Below are positions 1 to 9,712 of a stretch of DNA of 64,000 nucleotides, one piece after another; within the stretch, counting starts at the first letter, position 1; the number at the start of each line of letters is the position of its first letter. This stretch comes from an uncultured Clostridia bacterium. GTDB lineage: Bacteria > Bacillota > Clostridia > TANB77 > UBA1234. Both the position numbers and the translations under genes were made by a program. Where the stretch lies: assembly GCA_934149305.1 (NCBI GenBank), contig CAKPEF010000008.1, positions 1,885-65,884 on the forward strand. Direction: 5' to 3'. Below the pieces are notes generated by a model. That model saw nothing but the letters and a program-made list of their open reading frames with translations. It was not told the origin of the DNA and searched no databases.

Positions 1-858
1 ATTTGATATATAAGACCACAATCAATTAACCAAGAAAGTGCCATTTCATATTCTCTTGCTCTAGCGCCCTCACGTATTAAACCATATATGAATTTTTTAT
101 TTTCTTTTGCGAGCTGCGTCGGTATATTATTCCATAATTGTCTAATTCTCGGAACAACATTTGATGGTGCATGTTTTGAAAAATCTTGTTCATAAGAAAA
201 TAAAATCTTATTTTGCTCTTCTCTTACCTTTTCCATACTTTTATTTTCTACATATGATTTAAGAGAGGATGGCATACCACCAATAAAATAATATTGCTTC
301 AAATATTCTATAATCTTATTTCTAAAAGGTTCTAATAAACTAATATCTGCATTCTTAATTGCTTCTGCCAATCCTTTTTCTCCTATTGCTAGTAAAAATT
401 CATAAAAATTAAATGGATATAAATCTAAAAAGGATACTTTACCTACTGGAAATGATGTTCCTGGGTGCAAAGCAACTCCGAAGCAATGAACCAGCAGCAA
501 CTATATGATATTTACTTGCTTGTTCACAAAAATACTTTAATGATGTTAAAGCTCTTGGAACTTCCTGAATCTCATCAAATATAATAAGAGTATCATCCGC
601 GTTTATATCAATATTAGATTCTATTTTTAAAGCATTTATTATTCTTTCTGGCTCTAAACTACCTTCAAATAATACTTTCATTGGTTCATTATTTTCAAAG
701 TTTATGTATGCTACTTTTTTATAATATTTTTCTCCAAATTCTTTCATAAGCCAGGTTTTTCCAACTTGCCTTGCTCCCCTAAGTATAAGTGGCATTCTAT
801 TTGTTGACATTTTCCATTTTAATAGTTCATCAATTTTTTCTCTATACATTAAAATCAC
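1..858 (-). pseudogene. AAA+ ATPase (DUF4143 / COG1373 type), frame-broken at CGG 478..480; 3' end lies beyond the window edge
   Basis: ORF 439..858 has Walker A GARQVGKT and Walker B IIFDEIQ. After AAGSLL the frame breaks. The +1 frame (479 down to 1, no stops) continues GVALHPGTSFPVGKVSFLDLYPFNFYEFL, the expected family sequence. Confidence 0.8.
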
Positions 859-894
859 CGCCTTTTACATATTATACCATTATAATAACAAAAA

Positions 895-944
895 TTCAAC
901 CGAATTTTGTGATTATTTTCACATATTTCGGTTGAATTTTGTGA
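895..944. promoter_or_regulatory. hairpin plus direct-repeat motif upstream of the ATPase gene (possible operator)
   Basis: TTCAACCGAA (895..904) is complementary to TTCGGTTGAA (927..936). GAATTTTGTGA occurs twice (902..912, 934..944). Confidence 0.3.
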
Positions 945-997
945 ATGTTACTTTTTTGTGCCTATTTCTAGAATAAAATCTGATTTATACGCAATCA

Positions 998-1188
998 GCA
1001 TGAAGATATATTTTTTTATAAAACAAAAACTCAATTTAAAGAAATATTAAAAAAAGCAAGGACATATTCCTTAAATTTCCTAAACAGCTCCTTTGGACAT
1101 ACGGAAATTTTAGCGGAATATTTGCCCTTGCTTTCTTAAATATTTCTAATTCATTTCGATTGTTTTATAAAAAAATATATCTTCACGC
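998..1188. repeat. about 190-bp imperfect inverted repeat (MITE-like element or long hairpin) between feoB and the ATPase gene
   Basis: GAAGATATATTTTTTTATAAAACAA (1002..1026) is perfectly complementary to 1161..1185. The arms continue imperfectly inward to a centre near 1093. Confidence 0.6.
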
Positions 1189-1205
1189 TATAACTATTAA
1201 AAGAC

Positions 1206-3317
1206 TTATTTCTTACACGAATCGCAATATGGGCAACCCGAGCATTCTTTGTTTTTATCTTTGAACTTTGTACTAAGTGCAATTATTACTATTCCGAGTA
1301 GTCCAACGATTACAAGTATATCGCCAATGTTTAATGTGCCATTTTCTATTCTACTACCTATTTGATATACTATCGTTGCTAAAATCCAAGCTAACAATGT
1401 TTGGAAAGCTACTGCTTTAAATAATTTCTTTCTACTTCCAAGTTCTCTTCTCATTGCTCCAATTGCTCCAAAGCAAGGTGCTGAGAATAAGTTAAACACC
1501 ATAAATGCATATGCTGATGCGGCTGTGAAGAAACCGAAAACTCCTGTGCTATTAAATATTTTGCTTCCCTCTTCAGTATCTTCTGCTAATCCATTTATTA
1601 CTGCCATTGAGGAAACAACTTGCTCTTTTGCCACTAATCCTTGTATTGCCGAAACAGTTGCTCCCCAACTTCTTTCACCAAGCATAGGATAAAATACCCA
1701 TGAAATTTTATTTCCTACATCTGCAAGTATACTATCTTCAACTTCAACACCATATTGTAAATTGAATGAGAATGATAATAAGAACCATATTACTATTGAG
1801 CAAAGTAAAATTGTTGTTCCTGCTCTTTTTATAAATGCCATTACTTTATCAAAAACATCTTTTAATACATATCTAACGCTTGGCACTTTATAATCTGGCA
1901 ATTCTGATATATATGTACTTGATGTATGTTTAAATATAAATTTTTTCATCAAAAGTGCTCCAAGTATGATTACTACTATTGCAAAAAAGTAAAGTGATGC
2001 TGATGCAAGTCCACTATTATCCGGAAAGAAATAGCCGGCAAATAAAGCTATTATTGGCAATTTAGCACTACATGGAATAAATGGTGTAAGTATTGTTGTC
2101 ATTGTTCTCTCATCATCATTTTCAATAATTCTAGAGCCCATTATACCAGGCACACTACAACCAGAACCAACTATAAATGGTATCAAACTTTTTCCACTTA
2201 ATCCTATTTTTCTAAACACTTTATCTAGTAGAAGTGCTATTCTTGACATATAGCCAGTCGTTTCTAGTATAGATATGCAAAGGAATAAGATTATAAGCTG
2301 TGGAACGAATCCAAGCACAGCTCCTACACCACTTATCACTCCATCAACGACTAAACTTGTAAGCCAATCTGAAACTCCTATTCCACTCAATGAGTTTTCT
2401 ACCACTTCTTTTAGGTTGTCTACACATCCTCCTATAAAGTCTACTGTGTATGAGCCAACTACACCAACTGATAGATAGTACACTAAAAACATTATTATTA
2501 TAAATATAGGAAACGCAAGCCATTTATTTAAAAAGACCTTGTCTAATTTATCTGATACACTTTCTGGCATTTTCTTTTTTATTACAGTTTCTTTTTCGAC
2601 TCTTTCTATAAATTCATAACGCTCTGTTGCAATTACTTCTTCTAAATCAGTATCATATAATTTTTCTAAATCTTTTCTTATTGCAAATACATTTTCAGTA
2701 ATATATTTTGCAAAACGTTCATCACTTTCTATTAAATTTATTGCAATAAACTTTTTGTGAAGAACGTTTTTGTCTAGTGAATTTATAATTTCATTTGCCT
2801 TTTGCTCTATATTATCATCAAAGACTTTTACTTTTTTTATTTGCTCAACTTGGTCTATTGCCTTTTTTAATTCTTCTATTCCTGTTTCTTTTAGAGCCGA
2901 TATCTTGCATACTTTTGTGCCAAGCATTTCTTCTAATTTCTTCACATCAATTGTTACGCCTTTTTCTTCTAATATATCTGCCATGTTAAGTGCAACAATT
3001 ACTTTTGAATCAAGTTCAAGTAGCTGAGTTGTTAAATATAAACTTCTTTCGATTGCTGTTGCATCTACTATATTTATTATTACATCCGGCTTTTCATCAA
3101 AAATAAACTTTCTTGATATTTCTTCTTCCATACTGTATGGACTAAGTGAATATATTCCTGGCAAGTCCGTTATTTCATGCTTTGTACCTTTTATGATACC
3201 ACTCTTTTTTTCTATTGTAACACCTGGCCAGTTACCTATTTTAGCATTCATTCCAGTCAAATCATTAAAAAGAGTTGTTTTGCCACTGTTTTGATTTCCA
3301 ACTAATCCTATTTTCAT
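1206..3317 (-). CDS. feoB: ferrous iron transporter FeoB
   Basis: 703-aa ORF with an N-terminal G-domain (GNQNSGKTTLFN, DLPG) and a polytopic membrane C-terminus. It overlaps feoA by 4 nt. Confidence 0.97.
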   Translation of the reverse strand: MKIGLVGNQNSGKTTLFNDLTGMNAKIGNWPGVTIEKKSGIIKGTKHEITDLPGIYSLSPYSMEEEISRKFIFDEKPDVIINIVDATAIERSLYLTTQLLELDSKVIVALNMADILEEKGVTIDVKKLEEMLGTKVCKISALKETGIEELKKAIDQVEQIKKVKVFDDNIEQKANEIINSLDKNVLHKKFIAINLIESDERFAKYITENVFAIRKDLEKLYDTDLEEVIATERYEFIERVEKETVIKKKMPESVSDKLDKVFLNKWLAFPIFIIIMFLVYYLSVGVVGSYTVDFIGGCVDNLKEVVENSLSGIGVSDWLTSLVVDGVISGVGAVLGFVPQLIILFLCISILETTGYMSRIALLLDKVFRKIGLSGKSLIPFIVGSGCSVPGIMGSRIIENDDERTMTTILTPFIPCSAKLPIIALFAGYFFPDNSGLASASLYFFAIVVIILGALLMKKFIFKHTSSTYISELPDYKVPSVRYVLKDVFDKVMAFIKRAGTTILLCSIVIWFLLSFSFNLQYGVEVEDSILADVGNKISWVFYPMLGERSWGATVSAIQGLVAKEQVVSSMAVINGLAEDTEEGSKIFNSTGVFGFFTAASAYAFMVFNLFSAPCFGAIGAMRRELGSRKKLFKAVAFQTLLAWILATIVYQIGSRIENGTLNIGDILVIVGLLGIVIIALSTKFKDKNKECSGCPYCDSCKK

Positions 3318-3568
3318 TCTTTTGTCACCTCGACTTCTATAAGTTTTAAATCTGCTTTTCTTATCGCTAACTGATAGCCTCTAAGCTCTATGTCTATTGG
3401 ATCTCCCATTGGTGCTATCTTTTTTATTTTGACTTTCACTCCTCTTGTTATTCCCATATCAAGTAGGTGTCTTCTTATTTGTTTGTCTTGAATTTTAAGC
3501 TTTTTAACAATTGCAGTTTGTCCTATTTTTAATTCTGACAATTCACAAATTTCGCCAACTTTTTTCAT
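3314..3568 (-). CDS. feoA: FeoA family iron transport protein
   Basis: 84-aa SH3-like FeoA sequence directly upstream of, and overlapping, feoB. Confidence 0.9.
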   Translation of the reverse strand: MKKVGEICELSELKIGQTAIVKKLKIQDKQIRRHLLDMGITRGVKVKIKKIAPMGDPIDIELRGYQLAIRKADLKLIEVEVTKE

Positions 3569-3691
3569 ATGTACTATAAACCTCCTTTGTATTATTCTTT
3601 ATAGCTTATACTATGCATGATATTTCTAAAAAAGACCTGATAAAATTAAACGCCGAATTTTGTATATTGTCTATACTTTTTCGGCATTTTC

Positions 3692-3934
3692 TTATTTTAC
3701 ATCTTCCTCATCGAACTCTACTGTAACATTAAATCCTACTAGTAGTGGTTCAACTTTTATTACCTTTCCACTCTTTGATTTTAATCTTTCAAATAATGGT
3801 ATATTACCAGACATTGCTACAGCTGGCTCTATTGTGTAATACCAACTTGATGGCAAATCGCCTTCTGTTATTTGTACTATATCTCCTTCTTTTACTAAGT
3901 CTGGTCTTTCCATTTTAAATACCATTTGTCTCAT
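3692..3934 (-). CDS. hypothetical small protein (80 aa)
   Basis: Start moved to MRQMVFK, which has AGGAGGG 7 nt upstream. The longer ORF-track N-terminus is read out of an intergenic repeat copy. Confidence 0.5.
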   Translation of the reverse strand: MRQMVFKMERPDLVKEGDIVQITEGDLPSSWYYTIEPAVAMSGNIPLFERLKSKSGKVIKVEPLLVGFNVTVEFDEEDVK

Positions 3935-3957
3935 TTTTGTCCCTCCTATTTTGTACT

Positions 3958-4047
3958 GATTGTATTCACTAATTTTATGAAACACCTCTAAGCTTAAACT
4001 ACGTTTTTGCAACATATTTTATTTTTTCATAAATTAGTTTACACTAC
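3958..4047 (+). repeat. GTAG-hairpin intergenic repeat, degenerate copy
   Basis: TTGTATTCACTAATTTTATGAAACACCTCTAAGCTTAAACTACGTTTTTGCAACATATTTTATTTTTTCATAAATTAGTTTACACTAC. It ends 7 nt before the stop of the 4054 gene. Confidence 0.8.
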
Positions 4048-4053
4048 TTTGTA

Positions 4054-4914
4054 CTATATCTCTATTAGTTCATATTCTATGCTACCTACTCCTAATTTTT
4101 CTGCCGCCTCTATTATATGTGCACCATTTCTTGATTCGATTCTTTCTATTAAATGGTCTCTTCCTGGATCTTTTGAAGCATACACTAAATCAAGGCAAGC
4201 TTTATCAAGTGCAACTGGATCTAACGATGCTAAAACACCTATATCTTTCATACATGGATCTTCTGCAACTGCGCAACAGTCACAGTCAACAGACATGTTT
4301 GCCATTACATTTATAAAAGCTATATTTTCCTTAAAGTAATCCATTATAGATTTATCTGCATCTGCCATTGCTTCTTTAAATGCATTGCCATCAGCTGTCC
4401 ATAATTTTTCAACATCTCCAGCGCCATGGATATATGCTTTTCCATGACTCGAAGCTATTCCGATTGAAATATTCTTCAAAGCTCCACCGAATCCGCCCAT
4501 TGGATGTCCTTTAAAATGTGATAATACTAACATCGAATCATATTTTTCTATATTCTTTCCAACATAATTTACTTTTATTTGTGCACCATTTGGTATTGGA
4601 AGCTCTATTTCTCCATCTGCATCCATTATATCTACCTTAAAGTTTTCTGTCCAACCATGTTCTTTCATTGTTTGCCAATGCTCTTCAGTTGTATTTCTCT
4701 TGCCTGCATAAGCTGTGTTGCATTCAACTACTGTACCATTTACTTTATTGATTACTTCCTTGTACAAATCTGGTCCTAAAAAGTTTTGGTTACCTGCCTC
4801 TCCTGAATGTACCTTTACAGCTACATTGCCTGGCAAAGTCATTCCCAATTTTTCATACATTTTTACAATTTCGTCTGCAGTTATGTTTTTGCTAAAATAC
4901 ACTTTTGATTTCAT
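4054..4914 (-). CDS. DUF362 domain-containing protein
   Basis: 286-aa ORF: VKVHSGEAGNQNF ... ECNTAY ... CDCCAV cysteine cluster, as in the DUF362 family (recognised from memory). Confidence 0.75.
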   Translation of the reverse strand: MKSKVYFSKNITADEIVKMYEKLGMTLPGNVAVKVHSGEAGNQNFLGPDLYKEVINKVNGTVVECNTAYAGKRNTTEEHWQTMKEHGWTENFKVDIMDADGEIELPIPNGAQIKVNYVGKNIEKYDSMLVLSHFKGHPMGGFGGALKNISIGIASSHGKAYIHGAGDVEKLWTADGNAFKEAMADADKSIMDYFKENIAFINVMANMSVDCDCCAVAEDPCMKDIGVLASLDPVALDKACLDLVYASKDPGRDHLIERIESRNGAHIIEAAEKLGVGSIEYELIEI

Positions 4915-4938
4915 TTTAATTCCTCCAATTCATTTATG

Positions 4939-5030
4939 GTTGTGTTCATTAATTTTTATGGAGCACAATCAAGTTTAAGCCACATTTTTTGCAGCAGCTT
5001 TATATTTTTTCATAAATTAGTTTGCACTGC
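4939..5030 (+). repeat. GTAG-hairpin intergenic repeat
   Basis: GTTGTGTTCATTAATTTTTATGGAGCACAATCAAGTTTAAGCCACATTTTTT...CATAAATTAGTTTGCACTGC. Confidence 0.85.
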
Positions 5031-5052
5031 ACCATTTATTATTATCTTTTTA

Positions 5053-5103
5053 TTGAGAACGCCTAAGCTTAAGCCACTTTATTTTTCATAAATTAATTTA
5101 AAC
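5053..5103 (+). repeat. GTAG-hairpin intergenic repeat, partial copy overlapping the murF stop codon
   Basis: TTGAGAACGCCTAAGCTTAAGCCACTTTATTTTTCATAAATTAATTTAAAC. The murF stop (5098..5100) lies inside the tail module. Confidence 0.75.
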
Positions 5104-6453
5104 TAATTCATTTATTATTTTTTCAAAACTCATCGCTCTTGAAGCTTTTACTAATACAGCGTCTCCTTTTTGTATTAAGTTTTTCAACTCGTTTAGAAGC
5201 TCTTCTAATGTGTTAAAACTTTTTATATTTTGCTCATCCATTCCTTCATTTATTGCACCTTGCTTTATATTTTTAGCAAGCTTGCCAACTGTATATAACT
5301 TATCTATTTTGTTTTTTGCCACATTCTCTCCGACTTCTTCATGAAGTTTGTCTGAATACTCTCCAAGTTCTAGCATATCTCCAAGAATTGCAATCTTTCT
5401 TTTAGCATCTTGTTTCGATAATGCTTCTAATGCAACTTTCATTGATTCCGGACTTGCATTATAGCAATCGTTTATAAGTATTATATCATTTTTTGTTTCT
5501 ATGTTCATTCTCATTTTTGTAAATTCACAATTTGCTAAAGCCTTTACTCTATCTTCAGGAGTAATGCCATATATTTTTCCGATAACCCATGCTGCAAGAG
5601 CATTATATATGAAATTTTCACCAACTAAATTTAGCTTTACTTTATACTCTTTTTCATCTTCTTTTACCATAAATTCTGTAGCATTATCGCTTACTCTTAT
5701 ATTATAAGCCATAACATCATTTGCATCTTTAAATCCAAACTTAATTAGTTTTTGTTTTGTATTTTTAACTGTCTTTAACATATCATTGTCGCCATTTATC
5801 ACAAGTGTTCCATCATTAGTCATTCCATCTACAATTTCCATTTTTGCTTTTAAAATATTTTCTCTACTGCCCAAATTTCCTATGTGTGAATGTCCAACAT
5901 TTATAATTATTGCTGTATCTGGTTTAGCGATACCACTTAAAAAAGATATTTCGCCAAAATGGTTCATTCCCATTTCTAACACAATTGCCTCTTCATTTGC
6001 ATAATTTATAAGTGTTAGTGGCATACCTATATTATTATTAAAATTGCCCCTTGTTTTTAATGTTCTATATTTAGAATTTAAAACTGCATAAACCATATCT
6101 TTTGTTGTTGTTTTTCCAACGCTTCCAGTAATTGCAATAAGCGGTATATTTTTAATTTTTTCTCTTAGCTTTTTAGCAACATTTTGCATTGCGACTAATG
6201 TATCGTCAACTTTTATTATTACTTTTTCCGGAATAGCATCTATTTCTTTACTTGTAAATGTTCCAATTGCACCTTTTTCAAAAGCTGAATTTATGTAGTC
6301 GTGTCCATCGCTATTTTCTCCTTTTAACGGAATAAAAAATGTGCTATCATCTACTATTCTACTATCTATTGAAAATTTTGAAATTTCTTTTTCTAAATCC
6401 GCCTCACCTATAATCCTTCCATTTGAAAATTCAATCAATTCTCTTAATTTCAT
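5098..6453 (-). CDS. murF: UDP-N-acetylmuramoyl-tripeptide--D-alanyl-D-alanine ligase
   Basis: Mur ligase motifs (ITGSVGKTTTKDM, GMNHFGEI) and MurF-like length. Start set at MKLRELI, which has an AAGGA RBS. Confidence 0.9.
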   Translation of the reverse strand: MKLRELIEFSNGRIIGEADLEKEISKFSIDSRIVDDSTFFIPLKGENSDGHDYINSAFEKGAIGTFTSKEIDAIPEKVIIKVDDTLVAMQNVAKKLREKIKNIPLIAITGSVGKTTTKDMVYAVLNSKYRTLKTRGNFNNNIGMPLTLINYANEEAIVLEMGMNHFGEISFLSGIAKPDTAIIINVGHSHIGNLGSRENILKAKMEIVDGMTNDGTLVINGDNDMLKTVKNTKQKLIKFGFKDANDVMAYNIRVSDNATEFMVKEDEKEYKVKLNLVGENFIYNALAAWVIGKIYGITPEDRVKALANCEFTKMRMNIETKNDIILINDCYNASPESMKVALEALSKQDAKRKIAILGDMLELGEYSDKLHEEVGENVAKNKIDKLYTVGKLAKNIKQGAINEGMDEQNIKSFNTLEELLNELKNLIQKGDAVLVKASRAMSFEKIINELV

Positions 6454-6638
6454 TATGTCACATCCTTTCAAATTTATGTGTCTTTGTACACAAAAAACTA
6501 CAAGTTTATTTTACCAAAATTTATGAATTATACAATAATTTAAAAATTTTTTCTTGAATATTATAATTAAATTTTTAGAATAATAATCTTGAATTCATAT
6601 AAGTAAAACTTTTTACGAATTCTTAGGAGGTTAAAATT

Positions 6639-7142
6639 ATGAGTAAAAAACTAATATTTGCTTTTACACTTGCTATTGCTATAATGGGATTTTCAACAGT
6701 ATTTGCAACAACTACTAATAATACAGCAACAAACTTAGGCCGTAATGTTGGTAATACTGCTGGTAATGTTGTAAATGATGTTGGTCAAGGCGTTGGCGGT
6801 GTTATAAATGGTGCAGGTAATGCTGTTAATAGTGTTGGAAATGCCGTTAAAAATATCGGAAACGATGTTGGTAGAGGCGTAGGCAATGCTGGTACATCTA
6901 TAGGAAACGGTGTTAATAATATGACAAACGGAAGCACTAATAGTGGTATGAGAACTAATAACGGTACTGGTAATACAACTACTGGTTATGCAGCAACAAG
7001 AACAGCTGCTGCGACAAATTCAGCAACTGATGCCACTTGGACTTGGATTGTTGTAATAGTAGCAGTTGTAGCTATCGTAGCTTTAATATGGTACTATAAT
7101 AGTGAGAACAACAAAAACGGTTCTAGAAAAGAAAGATATTAA
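6639..7142 (+). CDS. secreted Gly/Asn-rich repeat protein with a C-terminal membrane anchor
   Basis: AGGAGG RBS and a signal peptide. Reiterated VGN/GNxV units follow, then a hydrophobic stretch (WTWIVVIVAVVAIVALIWYY) and a basic tail. Confidence 0.6.
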   Translation: MSKKLIFAFTLAIAIMGFSTVFATTTNNTATNLGRNVGNTAGNVVNDVGQGVGGVINGAGNAVNSVGNAVKNIGNDVGRGVGNAGTSIGNGVNNMTNGSTNSGMRTNNGTGNTTTGYAATRTAAATNSATDATWTWIVVIVAVVAIVALIWYYNSENNKNGSRKERY

Positions 7143-7185
7143 AAAATACTCCAGTTCTAAATGAGCTGGAGCATTTTTATTTACC

Positions 7186-7620
7186 TTACAAATATCTTCT
7201 TATGTCTCTTGCCAAATTTTCTTCTTCACTTATTAGTTTTTTTGCTATATCTTTGGCCTCTTCTGATGCCGCTTCGTATTCATTTAAATACTTATTTAAG
7301 GATTTTACCCCCATATTGCAACCATCAGTTATTAAATCACTAATTGTTTCATCTGTTGGAGATATAGCCAATTTTATGTTAGTTTTCATCCATGACATGC
7401 CTTTTGCCATTGCATTTGGCTGTTCACCAGCATCGTCATATCTATTTAATACAGTTCTTGTTTCATCTCCTAGTTTTTGATGTCTATTTATAGACATTTC
7501 TAACAAATTTCTAAATTCATTATTTTCAACTTGATTTATTACTTCTTTTATAGAGGCTATCCCCATTTTTACACCAGAATTACACTCTTTCAAAAGTTCT
7601 ATAGTATCATCTTCTACCAT
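7186..7620 (-). CDS. hypothetical helical protein
   Basis: 144-aa ORF with a plausible start. No family recognised with confidence. Confidence 0.5.
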   Translation of the reverse strand: MVEDDTIELLKECNSGVKMGIASIKEVINQVENNEFRNLLEMSINRHQKLGDETRTVLNRYDDAGEQPNAMAKGMSWMKTNIKLAISPTDETISDLITDGCNMGVKSLNKYLNEYEAASEEAKDIAKKLISEEENLARDIRRYL

Positions 7621-7730
7621 CTTCTCACCATCCTTTTAATAGCTATTTTTTCAAATCTTTATCTTTTTATACAAGATAGATATTTATACACAAAAAGAGA
7701 GCAAAAAATTGCTCTCTTAATATTTTTAAC

Positions 7731-7970
7731 TTACTTGTTTTTATTTTCTTTCTTTGCCTTCTCTTCTTCGTTCTTTCTTTCCTCTTTTCTTGCTTTCATC
7801 ACACGTTTTTCACCGTGCAACCCAACAAGCACACCAGAAACAGACATACCTGCAATGGCAACACACGTTACCGGAAGCGAGAAAATATTGGTCGGAAAGA
7901 TTACTATCGCACCTGCTAATACCGCAAGCTTAACAATAGTAGCGTCCAGAATCTTATCAGAGTTTTTCAT
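7731..7970 (-). CDS. small membrane protein with a Lys/Glu-rich tail
   Basis: Start set at MKNSDKI, which has GGAGGG 7 nt upstream. Two hydrophobic segments. Confidence 0.5.
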   Translation of the reverse strand: MKNSDKILDATIVKLAVLAGAIVIFPTNIFSLPVTCVAIAGMSVSGVLVGLHGEKRVMKARKEERKNEEEKAKKENKNK

Positions 7971-8150
7971 ATCGAGTCCCTCCAACAATAAAATTTTTGA
8001 ATGCTCTATTATAATAGCATAGCTTGTGTGTTATGTCAACTATTTATTTAAAAATACTCATTCTTACATTTTATTCGGCCGTAGTTCTATAAATTAGTCA
8101 CATAAGAATATATACGAAAAATCACTAGAAAATACGAGTCTTACCATCTG

Positions 8151-8888
8151 TTACTTCTTAATTATATCTTTTATCACTTCGCCTGCTATTATCAGTCCTG
8201 CACAAGATGGCACAAAAGAAACACTTCCTGGAATTTGTTTTTTCGAGACATTTTCATCTTTTATATATTCTTCCATAACTGATCTTTCAACTCTCACCGG
8301 CTCCTCTTTTGTGTACAATACCTTTAGTTTTTTTATGCCTCTTTCCTTTAGTTCTTTTCGCATAACTTTTGCTAGTGGACATACACTTGTCTTGCTTATA
8401 TCAGATATTTCTAGCTTTGTCGGATCTAGTTTGTTGCCTGTTCCCATTGAAGAAATTATTGGTATTTCAAGCTTTTTGCAATTTTCAACTAATGCAATTT
8501 TTGCTGTTACCGTATCTATGGCATCAACCACATAATCTATACTTTTATCTAATATCTTTTCCTCTGAATCTGGCATATAGAATGTTTTGTATGTTTCTAC
8601 TTTTGCCTCTGGATTTATATCTAATATCCTTTCTTTCATGATATCAACTTTGTTTTGACCTATTGTTTTATGTGTAGCTATTAGCTGTCTATTTATATTT
8701 GTAAGTGATACTGTGTCATTATCAACTAGTATAAAGTTTCCTACACCAGCTCTTGCTAGTCCCTCTGCCACAAAAGAACCTACACCACCTATTCCAAAGA
8801 TTGCAACTTTTGCTTTTTTTAATTTTTCTACATTTTCTTTTCCAAGCACCAACTCTGTCCTCGAAAATTGTGTAACCATATTCATCAT
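8151..8888 (-). CDS. tcdA: tRNA threonylcarbamoyladenosine dehydratase (ThiF/MoeB-like E1 fold)
   Basis: GIGGVGSFVAEGLARAGVGNFILVDNDTVSLTNINRQ Rossmann motif. Its size is typical of TcdA/CsdL. Confidence 0.8.
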   Translation of the reverse strand: MMNMVTQFSRTELVLGKENVEKLKKAKVAIFGIGGVGSFVAEGLARAGVGNFILVDNDTVSLTNINRQLIATHKTIGQNKVDIMKERILDINPEAKVETYKTFYMPDSEEKILDKSIDYVVDAIDTVTAKIALVENCKKLEIPIISSMGTGNKLDPTKLEISDISKTSVCPLAKVMRKELKERGIKKLKVLYTKEEPVRVERSVMEEYIKDENVSKKQIPGSVSFVPSCAGLIIAGEVIKDIIKK

Positions 8889-9032
8889 CCTATCTTAGCT
8901 TAATTTATATATCGATTTTTAGTCTGTATTTCAAGACTTATTGCAATTATATCACATTTAGGAACTTTATTCTATTGCAATTCATACCTTTATGCTATAA
9001 TTGTTTTATGCCATTTTGAAGGGGATGTTATT

Positions 9033-9674
9033 TTGAATATTTTAAAACCACAAGAAATTTTTTTGAATAATTTAGAAAATAAAAATATTGATATTTTGAA
9101 TACTTTTGAGGAAGATACTGTTATAAAAAAGGCTTTATTTGAAAGCGAAGGAATGCTTAATTTTAATGCATATGCTCTTAATTTTGAGTATTGCAAATTT
9201 ATAAGCATAAACCTACAAAATGCGGTTTTTGAAAAGGTTGCTTTTAATGATGTTATCTTTTCTAATTGCAACTTCTCTAATTGTAAATTTGTTGATTGCT
9301 ACTTTGCCAGATGTGAGTTCGATTGCTGTAAATTAGCTGGCAGTAGTTTTACATCTAACAGACTTTCTAATATCGGTTTTATTGAAACAAATGCTAATTT
9401 TATAAACCTTACTGATGCCTCTTTAGATAAAGTTTTATTTAAAAAGACATCTCTTAGAAATAGTTATTTTAGTGAAACTTCAATTAAAAATATTTATTTT
9501 GATGAAGCTGATTTGTCTTTGACTCAAATTTTCAAAACAAGCTTTAAAGATATTGATTTGTCTAACTCTACCATTGAAGGAATTTCAATTTCACTAGAAG
9601 ATATAAAAGGTGCTATAATTGATTCGTACCAACTTAATGACCTTGCTTTCCTTCTGGGAGTTAAAATTCGATAA
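9033..9674 (+). CDS. pentapeptide repeat protein
   Basis: TTG start behind a GAAGGGGA RBS. Long runs of A(D/N)LxX-type pentapeptides (NCNFSNCKFVDCYFARCEFDCCKL...). Confidence 0.8.
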   Translation: MNILKPQEIFLNNLENKNIDILNTFEEDTVIKKALFESEGMLNFNAYALNFEYCKFISINLQNAVFEKVAFNDVIFSNCNFSNCKFVDCYFARCEFDCCKLAGSSFTSNRLSNIGFIETNANFINLTDASLDKVLFKKTSLRNSYFSETSIKNIYFDEADLSLTQIFKTSFKDIDLSNSTIEGISISLEDIKGAIIDSYQLNDLAFLLGVKIR

Positions 9675-9712
9675 TAATGTAACTAGAGATAAGGATTATT
9701 CCTTATCTCTAG

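Noticed and set aside
3569-3691. A Fur box upstream of feoA.
   Set aside because: I could not find a convincing match to the GATAATGATAATCATTATC-type palindrome by eye. Only a GCCGAA...TTCGGC hairpin (3652..3685) is present, probably a terminator of the preceding gene.
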